A DNA stretch of 64,000 nucleotides from an uncultured virus (IMG/VR IMGVR_UViG_3300049255_000542). Its lineage: Duplodnaviria; Heunggongvirae; Uroviricota; Caudoviricetes. Numbering within the stretch: position 1 is the stretch's first letter; the number at the start of each line of letters is the position of its first letter. A program made the position numbers and the translations under genes. The stretch lies in IMG/VR virus record IMGVR_UViG_3300049255_000542; one strand, 5' to 3'. Below, piece after piece: positions 27,492-37,054 of this stretch. A model generated the notes under the pieces. It did no database searches. It saw only the letters and a program-made list of their open reading frames with translations, and was not told where the DNA came from.

Positions 27492-29123
27492 TCAGGTTTC
27501 GGCCACTGCTACGCGCTCGAAGCCTTGGCCGGTGAGTGGCTTCGCATCTGCTTCTTCGACTTCGACGATCCGGTCGGCGCCGACGATGTATTGGCGCCCC
27601 GACATGCCGTAGACGTTCGACGCGCCGATCGGCGCGCGCATCTTCACGGTCGCTGCACCCGTCGCCGCTTTCGTTGCAGCGGTTCCGGCTTTTGTTGCTT
27701 CCGCCATGCGCCGGTAGTGCTCGAGGAGCCCGTAGCCGTCCGGTTGATCGACCATGAGCTCGGTGAGCGCCCACACCAGCGCGTCCAGTCTGTCGGGCGA
27801 GTAGCCCGCGGTCTTGCGATCGAAGTCCGACGTGAACGCACACAGTTGGTCTTCGAGCACCGCAAACATGCCGACGTGGTGCACAAGCCCTTGCTCGTAC
27901 AGAGCCGAGATCGGTTCGGCGCGGATCGCTTTGCCGCGCGACGCGTGCACCGCCTTGTACGGCACGTTGGCGTCGATCATGCGGATCGTCGCCTCGACCA
28001 TTTCACCGCCGTTGTTCACCTCGGCGACGATGCGATCGGCTTTACGTGCCTTGAAGATAGCGATCGCCTGATTGGCCCAGCCAGGATTGGCGGGATCAGA
28101 CGACGCCGGCGGCATGATCGCCGAACCGTCTTCGAGAATGTACGCGTGACCGTCTACGCCTTTTCCCGCGGCAACAACTCCGGCTTCGTCAGACTCTTCA
28201 CCGCTCGATGCGCTCGGATCGATCGCGACCACGATGCGGATCAGTTGCGGAACCTGCGCGGGCTTTACCCGCAAGTCCTCGATGCGAGTGCGCGACCACA
28301 GTGCGCCCGGCACGTCATCAAGAACTTCGGCGCGGAGCTCCTGCCGACCGAGACGTGTGCCCTCATACTTCGAGACAACGCGAGCAATGAACTTCGGCGC
28401 AAGGTTACCGATGTTTTCGTAAGTGGTGCCGACCGTCTTCACCGTGCCGGGATCGGCGATGATGATCTTGAGCGCCTTGATCGGCTTCGGCGTCGTGGTG
28501 ATGCAGACTTGCGGGTTGTCGCCGATTCGCAACCCGAATTCGAGGTTGTCCCACGTGTCTTGCAGATAGCGCCACTTCGCGAGCTCATCGCACCACGCGG
28601 CGCCGTGCTGCGGACCGCGTAGCTCATCGGGCTCGGTGGCGTTGTAGAGCGAAGCGACCGCGCCATTCGGCCAGATCAGCCGTTTCAGCGACGGATTATA
28701 GACCGGCCGAAAATCTTTCGGATGAACTTGAAGAATACCGCTGCCTTCACCTGGACCAAGGCCGTCGCCGACCATGACCTTGCGGGTGTCGGCTGCGGTC
28801 TCTCCGACAAGCGCAAGGTGGCGAACGCGCCCGCCCGTGAGCGGCGACGTACCGCACATGAGATCGCGCACCCATTCGGCGCCGGTCTTCGTCTTGCCCC
28901 AACCGCGACCGGCCAGGATGAGCCAGACAGTCCACGTGCCGGCCGGCGCAAGCTGGTTGCGACGCGCCCAAAACGACCAATCGTATTCTAGTTGTTCGAG
29001 GTCTTCGTCACTGAGCGACTGCAGGAGCGCGGTCCGCTCCGGCTGAGGCAGCGATGCCAGCCACTCGGCCCGCGATGCGTTCGGCGAGTGAGTCGAGTTT
29101 TCGATTGACACGTTCGCGAGCAC
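27492..29123 (-). CDS. terL: Terminase large subunit (GTA g2-like) with C-terminal extension; start uncertain (GTG 29123)
   Basis: Walker A AGRGWGKT, LRGPQH..AWCDELAKW, TTTPKP, VVAIDP, SPDRLDALVW. Confidence 0.93.
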   Translation of the reverse strand: MLANVSIENSTHSPNASRAEWLASLPQPERTALLQSLSDEDLEQLEYDWSFWARRNQLAPAGTWTVWLILAGRGWGKTKTGAEWVRDLMCGTSPLTGGRVRHLALVGETAADTRKVMVGDGLGPGEGSGILQVHPKDFRPVYNPSLKRLIWPNGAVASLYNATEPDELRGPQHGAAWCDELAKWRYLQDTWDNLEFGLRIGDNPQVCITTTPKPIKALKIIIADPGTVKTVGTTYENIGNLAPKFIARVVSKYEGTRLGRQELRAEVLDDVPGALWSRTRIEDLRVKPAQVPQLIRIVVAIDPSASSGEESDEAGVVAAGKGVDGHAYILEDGSAIMPPASSDPANPGWANQAIAIFKARKADRIVAEVNNGGEMVEATIRMIDANVPYKAVHASRGKAIRAEPISALYEQGLVHHVGMFAVLEDQLCAFTSDFDRKTAGYSPDRLDALVWALTELMVDQPDGYGLLEHYRRMAEATKAGTAATKAATGAATVKMRAPIGASNVYGMSGRQYIVGADRIVEVEEADAKPLTGQGFERVAVAET

Positions 29124-29526
29124 TCGACACCTCGACCGAGCTATCAATGCGACCGCTGTGTTCGACGGAGCGGCTGGTCATGCCGAGCCAGTTGATCGCG
29201 AGGAACTGCGCCATCGACACGCCAGCGGAATTCATCAGCTTCGATTGCTTGACCATCTGCAGCCGCAGCTTCGCCTTGCCGACGTTCACGCCGTTCTCCC
29301 AAGCCTCGTGGTATTCCGGCTCTTTCAGTCGGCGCTTGACCGTCCGCAAGTCGATCGGCTCGCCGCCAAGCTTTAGCGCCTGGCTTGAGATCATCGCAGC
29401 GATTTCAGCCTGTGACGCGCCAGCTTCCGCTAGGATTGCCAATAGTTGAAGATCAAGTTCCTTGCGCGGTCGCCCTGTATCAGCACTAGACTGATCTTCG
29501 CTCGGCGAATTCTTTTCTTTCGGCAT
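29008..29526 (-). CDS. terS: Terminase small subunit
   Basis: GRPRKELD, HTH (GASQAEIAA), FLAINWLG, VEHSG; directly upstream of terL. Confidence 0.8.
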   Translation of the reverse strand: MPKEKNSPSEDQSSADTGRPRKELDLQLLAILAEAGASQAEIAAMISSQALKLGGEPIDLRTVKRRLKEPEYHEAWENGVNVGKAKLRLQMVKQSKLMNSAGVSMAQFLAINWLGMTSRSVEHSGRIDSSVEVSSARERVNRKLDSLAERIAGRVAGIAASAGADRAPAVAQ

Positions 29527-29618
29527 AAAGCTGATCCCGATTAATCCCCAAGACTTCGTTTTTCGTCGCGAATACCTACGTTTTCAACTACAATCGCGAC
29601 TCAACACAGGGGAAGACT

Positions 29619-30389
29619 ATGCCGACAATCTATGAACCGAAGGGACAGGCCGGCGAATACTCGCCTTGGGCTGCAAACCCGTATTACGGCTGCGGCCATA
29701 AGTGCGCCTATTGCTACGTTCCACGAATTCCCGGTCAGCCCGATCGCAAGACCTTCGACGCCGGCGCAATCCTCAAGCCTGGCTATCTCGACACGCTACG
29801 GCGTGACGCGGCGAAGATGCAGCGCGACGGCAAGTCCGGTCATCAGGTGATGATCTCGTTCACCAGCGACCCGTATCACCCGCTCGACACCGAGCCGACG
29901 CGGCGGTGTTGGGAAATCTTGATCGAGCACGGCTTCGCGATCTGCGCACTATCGAAGGGCGGCACGCGCGCACTGCGCGACATCGAATTGTTCAGACCGT
30001 CACACGACGCTTATGCGTGCACGCTCACGTCGCTCGATCCCGTGTTCTCCGACACGTGGGAACGTGGCGCTGCACTACCTGACGATCGTATCGCTGCGCT
30101 CAAGGCGTTCCGCCGGCGCGGGATCTTCACGTGGGTGTCGCTGGAACCGACGCTCGACGTTGACGCGTCGCTCGCGATCGTGGACGCCACTCACGAATTC
30201 GTCGATCTCTATAAGGTCGGGCGCGTCAACTATAACAACATCACGCGGACAACCGACTGGAAGGATTACACGCTGCGGATGATCGACAAGCTGCAACACT
30301 ACGGCAACGCGCACTACATCAAGAAAGATTTGCAGCCGTTCCTTCCGCGTGGCTATCATAATCCGCTGCGAGTCCCGCAGCATCATTGA
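29619..30389 (+). CDS. Radical SAM protein (SplB/DUF5131-like branch)
   Basis: CxxxCxxC motif GCGHKCAYC; SDPY, LSKG, WVSLEP motifs. Confidence 0.88.
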   Translation: MPTIYEPKGQAGEYSPWAANPYYGCGHKCAYCYVPRIPGQPDRKTFDAGAILKPGYLDTLRRDAAKMQRDGKSGHQVMISFTSDPYHPLDTEPTRRCWEILIEHGFAICALSKGGTRALRDIELFRPSHDAYACTLTSLDPVFSDTWERGAALPDDRIAALKAFRRRGIFTWVSLEPTLDVDASLAIVDATHEFVDLYKVGRVNYNNITRTTDWKDYTLRMIDKLQHYGNAHYIKKDLQPFLPRGYHNPLRVPQHH

Positions 30390-30397
30390 GGCGCGTC

Positions 30398-30619
30398 ATG
30401 AGCATCGCCACCAAGGCCGAGCAGATCACGAAGCGATGGGAAGCGTTCAAGCAACAGGCCACCGGCAGCACTAGCGAATATCACGCATTCCAGAGCGCGG
30501 TCATCGAAGACATGATCGAGCTTTCACGATTGGTCACCGAGCTCGCAAAGGACGTGGATCAAAACAAGCGCACCGCGAACGCGGCGATCGCTATGGCTGC
30601 GCCGCCGATTGGGCGGTAG
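30398..30619 (+). CDS. Small helical hypothetical protein
   Basis: GAGG RBS; follows the radical SAM gene. Confidence 0.55.
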   Translation: MSIATKAEQITKRWEAFKQQATGSTSEYHAFQSAVIEDMIELSRLVTELAKDVDQNKRTANAAIAMAAPPIGR

Positions 30620-30776
30620 CCGTCGTCTTGACGTCGCAAGTCGCTTGGTTGTTCGCGATCGCCGTGATGACGCGGACCGCATCACAACCAGCGAGGTTGC
30701 CGAACAACAGCGGCGAGACGTGAGGCTGAATCATATTCAGCGCGTGAACGAATTCTGCGGCCTGTTGACGATTCAC
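30591..30776 (-). CDS. Small hypothetical protein
   Basis: GTG start 2 nt after the upstream stop, GGAG RBS. Confidence 0.45.
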   Translation of the reverse strand: MNRQQAAEFVHALNMIQPHVSPLLFGNLAGCDAVRVITAIANNQATCDVKTTATAQSAAQP

Positions 30777-30778
30777 GA

Positions 30779-31399
30779 TTACGCTCCGACCATCACCGCG
30801 CCGACGTAGACCATCGCGGCGCCGGTCTTACCGCGCGCCTGCCATCGTTTCTCGATCGTGCAGTTCATGCGCTGCGCGACGCCGATCAGACACCGCTCCA
30901 CGATCGTTTCCATCTTGCGGTTCAGTCCGACGATGCCGGGCTTGAGCCGCGCGAGAATTGCCACAGGCGCGGGCACGATGTTCGCCTTGTACGGGATGCC
31001 GCCGCCCTCAGTGATCGTGAACCCGATGCGTTCGCCGGCAGCGACCTTGCGCCTGGCCGCGACGATCAAGGCTTGTTCCCACGGTGAGCCGTAGGCGTCG
31101 AGATCGAACACGTTGAACGCCGACAAGTCGAGACTGCGCAGCACACGCCGGTTATCGGCCGCGAACATGAGCCGGACGTCGCCACGCATCGGCTGATATT
31201 TCAGATCGCAGCCCGTGTAAGCGGCAGCGTCTTTCCACACCGCGGCGTAGAGCTCGCCGGCGCCGGCAAAGCCATCGAACACTCGCGCATCGCGCGTGCC
31301 AACTCCCGCTAAGACGCGGCGTCGGATATCGACCTTGGCCGCGAATGCTTGCGGGTTGTTGTCAACCTTTTTCGCATCGCGCGTGCCGGCGAACGCCAC
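30779..31399 (-). CDS. SAM-dependent methyltransferase-like protein
   Basis: Motif I FDGFAGAGELY; motif IV-like FDLDAYGSP (resembles the DxDPYGSP of Trm1-type amino-methyltransferases). Confidence 0.72.
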   Translation of the reverse strand: MAFAGTRDAKKVDNNPQAFAAKVDIRRRVLAGVGTRDARVFDGFAGAGELYAAVWKDAAAYTGCDLKYQPMRGDVRLMFAADNRRVLRSLDLSAFNVFDLDAYGSPWEQALIVAARRKVAAGERIGFTITEGGGIPYKANIVPAPVAILARLKPGIVGLNRKMETIVERCLIGVAQRMNCTIEKRWQARGKTGAAMVYVGAVMVGA

Positions 31400-31402
31400 G
31401 GA

Positions 31403-31609
31403 TCACGCCAGTGCGATGTTGACCGCGCGGAGACCGCGTTTCGTGTTCTCAACCTCGAAGGTCACGGCGCTGTTTTCGACCAGCATATTGAGACTCGATG
31501 GCAGATCGGTGCGGTGCACGAACACGTCGCCACCGCCATCCTCGCGGACGATGAACCCGTAGCCCTTTGCCTCGTTGAAGAACTTCACCTTGCCACGCTC
31601 GGACGCCAT
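31403..31609 (-). CDS. csp: Cold-shock domain protein
   Basis: GKVKFFNEAKGYGFI and DVFVH RNP motifs. Confidence 0.95.
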   Translation of the reverse strand: MASERGKVKFFNEAKGYGFIVREDGGGDVFVHRTDLPSSLNMLVENSAVTFEVENTKRGLRAVNIALA

Positions 31610-31619
31610 GACTCTCCCC

Positions 31620-32198
31620 TCAGCCTAATGCGATCGTGCCGAGGTCGACGGTGACTCCATCGAGCGGCTTCATCGCGGTTTCGAGTGCGCGAAGCGCCGC
31701 TGCCTGATGCTTGAGCGGTCCACGCACTGAAATCCAGAATTCGTCGTCAACCTCAGAGGTCTCGATCTCTCTGACTTCGAGCTCATCGTCGCCTTCGAGC
31801 AAACGATCCCGCTCCTTGTCGGAGTAGCCGAGATCGCCAGCGTCGATTCCTGCGGTGGTGACTTCGCGCAAGAGCTCGGCCAGGAGCGCGTTGTCGTAAG
31901 AGCCACCATCCGGCAGCTTGTTCAGCGCCAGCATCAGCGCGTGGTACTGCGCTTCGGTGAGCCCCTCGACGACGCGGACTTCGATCTCGCCGGTTGTGCC
32001 GTTGCGCTTCAACGCATCGCGGGTGGCGTGACCACCGATCATCATGCCGGTGCCGCGGATGACGATCTTGTTGATGTAGCCGAACTGCTTGATCGTCGCC
32101 GCGATATTGGCGATCTGACTTTCCGGGTGACGCTTCGGATTCTGAGGATCCGGCGTCAGGCTGTCGATGTCGCGCTTGTCGTCGAAGACGTTGACCAT
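31620..32198 (-). CDS. ParB/sulfiredoxin-like N-terminal domain protein (type usually linked to phage DNA methylases)
   Basis: L.PDPQNPKRH..SQI..IA.TIKQFGY, IGGH, LALNKL motifs. Confidence 0.8.
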   Translation of the reverse strand: MVNVFDDKRDIDSLTPDPQNPKRHPESQIANIAATIKQFGYINKIVIRGTGMMIGGHATRDALKRNGTTGEIEVRVVEGLTEAQYHALMLALNKLPDGGSYDNALLAELLREVTTAGIDAGDLGYSDKERDRLLEGDDELEVREIETSEVDDEFWISVRGPLKHQAAALRALETAMKPLDGVTVDLGTIALG

Positions 32199-32720
32199 GA
32201 ACGCGGCCTGCAAATGGTTACGCGGTTCGCGCGAGGCGGTGACAGAACAGGCGGCGTCACTTTTCGCCGTCTCGTTCGTGAGCCGGTGAGAAACGGGCAC
32301 AACTCGCCATTCTGAGAGCGCGGCGACAGTCCGCGCGCTTTCTGTGGCGCCCGGGTAATCGGCTCACGGATTTTCGGATTTTTCGGGTGGCTCTATGGAG
32401 AACCACCGAGAGGCTTGGTCGGGGAAGACCGGTGGTGCGCTCGCCTTTCGGCTCGCACCCGTCTCGCTTCGGACTTCTGGACAGTAGTGCGTCCGCGCGC
32501 GTGAGTTCCGTGTGCCAGTTTGTGCCAAATGTCAACATCACATTTTCGTGATGAAAACCGGCCTTGGGGATAACCTGCTGATTTCGTGTAGGAAAATAAC
32601 CGAGAGAAAATGCCCAACGATATGGCACACTTACAGGTTCCTCTTGACTGATTTTGGCCTTTGGAGCCGATCCAACGCCAAGTGATTCGGCCCGCAGTGG
32701 TTGCATCCGGTCGAATTGAG

Positions 32721-32762
32721 TTGCAATACCGGAAACAATTTCCTATTCTTGGACATATCCAA
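32721..32762 (+). promoter_or_regulatory. Sigma70-type promoter with operator TTGGACATATCCAA (32749-32762)
   Basis: TTGCAA-N17-TATTCT; operator is the exact reverse complement of 45691-45704. Confidence 0.7.
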
Positions 32763-32797
32763 ACGGGCTCGTGGCCCACCTGTCGAGGGAGAACGAA

Positions 32798-33040
32798 ATG
32801 TCCAGCAACTCCAATAAGTTCGAGGTCGGAAAGACCTACGCAACCCGGTCGATCGGCGACCACGATTGCATCTTCTCGTTTTCGATCCTGGCCCGCACCG
32901 AAAAGACCGTGACCGTCAACGTGCACGGCAAAACAGTGCGCCGCGGCATTTCGCTGTGGGAAGGCGTCGAGCAGTTCAAGCCATTCGGCACGTACAGCAT
33001 GTGCACGATCATCTGCGCTGACGATGCGGTGGCGTCATGA
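32798..33040 (+). CDS. Hypothetical protein (first gene of remote early operon)
   Basis: GAGGGAG RBS; FEVGKTY..RSIGDHDC motif. Confidence 0.75.
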   Translation: MSSNSNKFEVGKTYATRSIGDHDCIFSFSILARTEKTVTVNVHGKTVRRGISLWEGVEQFKPFGTYSMCTIICADDAVAS

Positions 33041-33582
33041 CCGCACTCGCCATCAAAACCGTCGATCGCTCCGCCGCTGCCCGCAAGGCTTGGGAGACGA
33101 TGCGCGCCCGCAAGGCGATGCTCGGCACAATGGTTGCCGCCGTTTCGCTCGCGCCGGCAGCACCGTCAGTGCCCGCGGCCAAGCCCGCGATCGTGAACGT
33201 GTCAACCAGCGCGGACTTTGCGCCGCGCGTCTATGTCGAACCGGAGCTCGTTGCCGTCACCGAGCTCCAATACGTGTCGCTCTATTTGGTCGACCATCCG
33301 GTGGTCGGCAACGGCCAGCGCGAGTTCATCGTGCTCGCCATGTCATCGAAGCGCGTGAAGCTCTTTTACTCGCCGTCGCTCGAAACACTCGAAGTGAGCC
33401 GCGAGGTCTATGACCGCGGGCACATGCCGGTGCCGTCGCGGCGCTTCAACCGCGACCGTCTGGCCGGGCTGATCCGCAAGCGGATTGCGCTCGCCGATCG
33501 CGTGAACAGCGAGCAAATGGCGGACGTGTTGTCAGACGGCGGCGCCGACGCGCAGCGCGTGCTCGAGCTCATTGAGGCCTGA
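33037..33582 (+). CDS. Hypothetical protein
   Basis: ATGA overlap; RSAAARKAWETMR basic motif. Confidence 0.7.
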   Translation: MTALAIKTVDRSAAARKAWETMRARKAMLGTMVAAVSLAPAAPSVPAAKPAIVNVSTSADFAPRVYVEPELVAVTELQYVSLYLVDHPVVGNGQREFIVLAMSSKRVKLFYSPSLETLEVSREVYDRGHMPVPSRRFNRDRLAGLIRKRIALADRVNSEQMADVLSDGGADAQRVLELIEA

Positions 33583-33584
33583 CC

Positions 33585-33926
33585 ATGAGCACCCGCTACG
33601 AGATCACCGCGAAACACACAGACGGCCGCGCGTACCTTGTCGGATACATCGCCCGGCGCTCGCATCGTGGCCTGACGCAATTCCTCACGTCATACCGCAT
33701 ACAGGTCGCGATTGCCGATGCTACCGGCCTGACCGGCGACACGCATTTCAGCTTTTGGTCAAAGCCGCATCCGCACTGGAAATGCCTTGCCGGGTGGACG
33801 ATCGGCTTCACCGGCCGGACGTTCCTTGACGCGCAGCGCGAGGGCGAGTTGCCGACGCTCGCTCTAGCGATCGTGCAGCGCCACGAACAGGCGCGCGCCA
33901 TGTTCGCTGCGGGAGCCGCGTCATGA
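33585..33926 (+). CDS. Hypothetical protein
   Basis: GAGG RBS; in operon. Confidence 0.65.
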   Translation: MSTRYEITAKHTDGRAYLVGYIARRSHRGLTQFLTSYRIQVAIADATGLTGDTHFSFWSKPHPHWKCLAGWTIGFTGRTFLDAQREGELPTLALAIVQRHEQARAMFAAGAAS

Positions 33927-34537
33927 ACCCAATGCGCGTGCTGGTCGCCTGCGAATTCTCCGGCACCGTGCGGCGCGCGTTCGCGGCACGGGGTCACGAC
34001 GCATGGTCGTGTGACCTGTTGCCGGCCGCCGATCGCAACAACAAGCACATCGTCGGCGATGCCCGCGACTTGCTCCACGACGGTTGGGACCTGTTGATGG
34101 TCGCTCACCCTCCGTGCACCCGGCTTTGCAACAGCGGCGTGCGCTGGCTGTCCGCACCGCCTCCGGGCAAGACCGCCGACCAAATGCAATGCGAGCTCCG
34201 CGACGGCTGCGCGCTGTTCTCGGCCTTCCTCAACGCGCCGATCGAGAGGATCTGTGTCGAGAACCCGGTGATGCACCGGCACGCCAAGGCGCTGATCCAA
34301 AATTACGTCGAGCCTGCGCAGTCAGTGCAGCCGTGGCAGTTCGGTCACGGTGAGACGAAGCGCACATGCTTCTGGCTCAAGAACCTGCCGCCGCTCAAGC
34401 CGACGAACGTGGTCAGTGGCCGCGTGCCGCGCGTGCATCACGCGTCGCCCGGTCCCGATCGGTGGAAAGAGCGCAGCCGATTTTTTCCCGGCATCGCAGA
34501 CGCGATGGCCGAACAATGGGGAGGACTACCGCAATGA
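33923..34537 (+). CDS. Short phage DNA cytosine-C5 methyltransferase-like protein
   Basis: VLVACEFSG motif I, HPPC motif IV, ENP motif VI, KRTCFWL. Confidence 0.8.
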   Translation: MNPMRVLVACEFSGTVRRAFAARGHDAWSCDLLPAADRNNKHIVGDARDLLHDGWDLLMVAHPPCTRLCNSGVRWLSAPPPGKTADQMQCELRDGCALFSAFLNAPIERICVENPVMHRHAKALIQNYVEPAQSVQPWQFGHGETKRTCFWLKNLPPLKPTNVVSGRVPRVHHASPGPDRWKERSRFFPGIADAMAEQWGGLPQ

Positions 34538-35034
34538 AGATCGAACTTGAAATCCCGGCCGATCGCATCGCCAACATGATAATCTCGGCAATCGAGAGTG
34601 GCGACCCGGTTACCACTGCCAGCAAAGGCGGATGGTGTTGGGGTGTCTTCTACAAGGCGCGCGATGCTGAACCGCCGAAGACGAACGGCGTCCACTGGTA
34701 CGCGATGCCGGAGTTCTACGATAACGACGGCCTCCAAATCGAGATCATCGAAGTCGCTGACGAAAACGCCTTTCAATGGTTCTACGATGATGGATCGGCG
34801 TGTGAGGCGCTGTTCGGCGCCGGCGCTGATTGGGACGTGACGACCAGCAAGAACTTGGCTTCCGGCGCACTCAAATCGCACATCATCAATCGCGCCAAGC
34901 TTGAAGCTGGTCTCACCGCAATGGCGCTGATATTTCCGCATCAGTTCAGCCAGGTCATTGAGGACAACACCGACGCGCCATGCGCCGATGCCTTCCTTCA
35001 AGCCATTCTGTTCGGCGAAGAAAAGTACGCGTGA
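34534..35034 (+). CDS. Hypothetical protein
   Basis: GGAGG RBS; C-terminal DA..AD.FLQ..LFGE..Y motif. Confidence 0.75.
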   Translation: MKIELEIPADRIANMIISAIESGDPVTTASKGGWCWGVFYKARDAEPPKTNGVHWYAMPEFYDNDGLQIEIIEVADENAFQWFYDDGSACEALFGAGADWDVTTSKNLASGALKSHIINRAKLEAGLTAMALIFPHQFSQVIEDNTDAPCADAFLQAILFGEEKYA

Positions 35035-35041
35035 GGGGAAC

Positions 35042-35416
35042 ATGAGCGTGCACACACTCGACAGCCGCGAGCTCGCCACAGTGCTTGCAGCCTTGCGCTA
35101 CTGGCAACGTCTCGCGCTCGCCCAAGAGGAACGCGGGCCAGAGGATGACATAGCCAGCGACGGTGGCACGCTGTCGATCCTCCAGCCGTCAGAAATCGAC
35201 GCGCTGTGCGAGCGCATCAACTGCGAAGATGCGCCGATCGTGAAAGTCCGCGTCTCTGGCGGCGTGGTCCAAGAGGTTGAAACGCCTCTCGGCCTTGTCA
35301 TCAAGGTCTTCGACTATGACCACGACGACGGCTCGGTCGATCCCGCGACTCTCGACAAAGACGACGACGGCAACGCGTGCACCATAGCCACATACGGAGG
35401 CGACAATGGCGCGTGA
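35042..35416 (+). CDS. Hypothetical protein
   Basis: GAGGGG RBS; RELATVLAALRYWQ and V.VSGGVVQ motifs. Confidence 0.7.
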   Translation: MSVHTLDSRELATVLAALRYWQRLALAQEERGPEDDIASDGGTLSILQPSEIDALCERINCEDAPIVKVRVSGGVVQEVETPLGLVIKVFDYDHDDGSVDPATLDKDDDGNACTIATYGGDNGA

Positions 35417-35687
35417 TCCCGCTGCCGACGCGATCGACCGGCTGGTCGACGAGTCGGACCTGCCGTTGCCGGTCAAGCTGTCGATCGCCAAGGGCAACCT
35501 CGAAGCGCAGCTTGCAGCCGCGAACGCGACGATCGCCGAACAGAGTTCGGTGCTTACCGCTGCGCACACGGTGCTGGTCGACATCGTGAAGCACGGATCG
35601 CCGTCACCATACGCCACACCGGGTTTCGACGCGCGCCTGGCCCGTGCTCGCGGCGTGGTCGCAATGATCGAGGGGAAGATGCGATGA
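35406..35687 (+). CDS. Hypothetical protein
   Basis: GGAGG RBS; in operon. Confidence 0.65.
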   Translation: MARDPAADAIDRLVDESDLPLPVKLSIAKGNLEAQLAAANATIAEQSSVLTAAHTVLVDIVKHGSPSPYATPGFDARLARARGVVAMIEGKMR

Positions 35688-35956
35688 CTTGCCGACTTGA
35701 AAAGCAGATGGCGAACTTGCTGCGGAGCGCGGATATCGACTTCACGCGTCCAGAACGAGATCGGTCCGACCCGACGACGTTGGACTTTTACCTGCCTGAC
35801 TTCGATCTCTACATCGAAGTGAAGCAATTCCATACGGACCGCATCACGCGCCAGCTTGCGGCTGTGCCCGATCGCAAAACCGCAATCATGCTCATGGGGC
35901 CGAGCGCGATCAGCGACTTTGAACGCCTCGTTGCCGCGATAAGAGCGTCATCATGA
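35684..35956 (+). CDS. Small PD-(D/E)XK nuclease-like protein
   Basis: LDFYLPDFDLYIEVK motif. Confidence 0.65.
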   Translation: MTCRLEKQMANLLRSADIDFTRPERDRSDPTTLDFYLPDFDLYIEVKQFHTDRITRQLAAVPDRKTAIMLMGPSAISDFERLVAAIRASS

Positions 35957-36855
35957 GCCGGCGCCGTCGCATCCCGATCGGCAAGATCGATCCCGATCCG
36001 AACCAGCCGCGCAAGATATTCGACGCGGCCGAGCTCGAGCTACTGGCTGACACGATTGCTGCGGCCGATGGGCTTATCCAGCCAATCACGTTGCGACCGC
36101 ACGGCCGCGGCCGGTTCTACATCGAAGCCGGTGAGCGGCGGTGGCGTGCTCACGGCATCCTCGTTCGGCGAGGCCTCCGCAAGTTCGCGTACATCGACTG
36201 TGAGGTCGTGGACAAGAACACGCCGCCAGCACACGTGCGCGCCCGGCAGATCATCGAGAACATGGCCCGCGCCGATCTACAGCCGCTTGAGGAAGCGCAC
36301 GCCTTCGCTCAGTTCGCGGCGGACTTCGACCTTTCGCCTGAGGATGTTGCGCAGCGACTCGGCTTGTCGCCGTTCCGCGTGCGGTGGCGCCTCTCGCTCT
36401 TGAACCTCGCGCCGGCGATCGCGCGCATGGTCGAAAGTGGTCACCTTGACCGGCAACAGGCGCTTGAGGTTGCGCGTCTCGATCGACACGCCGACCAGCT
36501 GCGGCTTGTGCAAATGATAAATCGCGGCGAGCTCCAAGGATGGAAGGCGGTGCGCAATGCCGCCGACGCCATCCTGCAGGGCACCACTGCCGAGGATCTG
36601 TTCGGTGAGAGCGCACCCGTCGTCAGCGCCGGCGACGTCGCCACGCTTCGGACGATGGAGCGAAAGATAGAGACAATCGCCGGGATGGTCGCGGCCGGCT
36701 GGCGTAACGGCGAGTGCATCGTCGCCAACAAGGTCTGTCCGGAGCGTGCCGGCGTGATGGCTGACAAGCTGGCAGCGATTCGCTTGGCGGTCTCTCACAT
36801 GGAGCGTGAACTGCGCAACACGTCAGCGCAGGTCAAAATCGCGATCGCAGGATAG
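35953..36855 (+). CDS. ParB/RepB/Spo0J family protein
   Basis: PNQPRK.FD, GLIQPI, AGERRWRA, ENMARADL.PLEEA, HTH. Confidence 0.9.
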   Translation: MSRRRRIPIGKIDPDPNQPRKIFDAAELELLADTIAAADGLIQPITLRPHGRGRFYIEAGERRWRAHGILVRRGLRKFAYIDCEVVDKNTPPAHVRARQIIENMARADLQPLEEAHAFAQFAADFDLSPEDVAQRLGLSPFRVRWRLSLLNLAPAIARMVESGHLDRQQALEVARLDRHADQLRLVQMINRGELQGWKAVRNAADAILQGTTAEDLFGESAPVVSAGDVATLRTMERKIETIAGMVAAGWRNGECIVANKVCPERAGVMADKLAAIRLAVSHMERELRNTSAQVKIAIAG

Positions 36856-36865
36856 GAGAACGGCC

Positions 36866-37045
36866 GTGCTGACCAAGACACCGATCGGAACACATCACGT
36901 CTACGCGGAGTGCCGCGATTGCAGCGAAACGTGGGATGACTACCGGAGGGACGAGGCTGATGCACGATCGCACGCCAAGCGCACCGGGCACACCGTTGTC
37001 GTCGAGCGCGGGCAGACGTGGACCTATAACCCGAAGTCAAAATAG
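36866..37045 (+). CDS. Small Zn-finger protein (CxxC...H...H)
   Basis: AGGAG RBS; CRDC...ARSHAKRTGH. Confidence 0.6.
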   Translation: MLTKTPIGTHHVYAECRDCSETWDDYRRDEADARSHAKRTGHTVVVERGQTWTYNPKSK

Positions 37046-37054
37046 GAGACTGAC

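Noticed and set aside
5801..29123. Gene transfer agent cluster
   Set aside because: Terminase and tail genes are GTA-like, but att sites, integrase, repressor and replication genes show a true prophage
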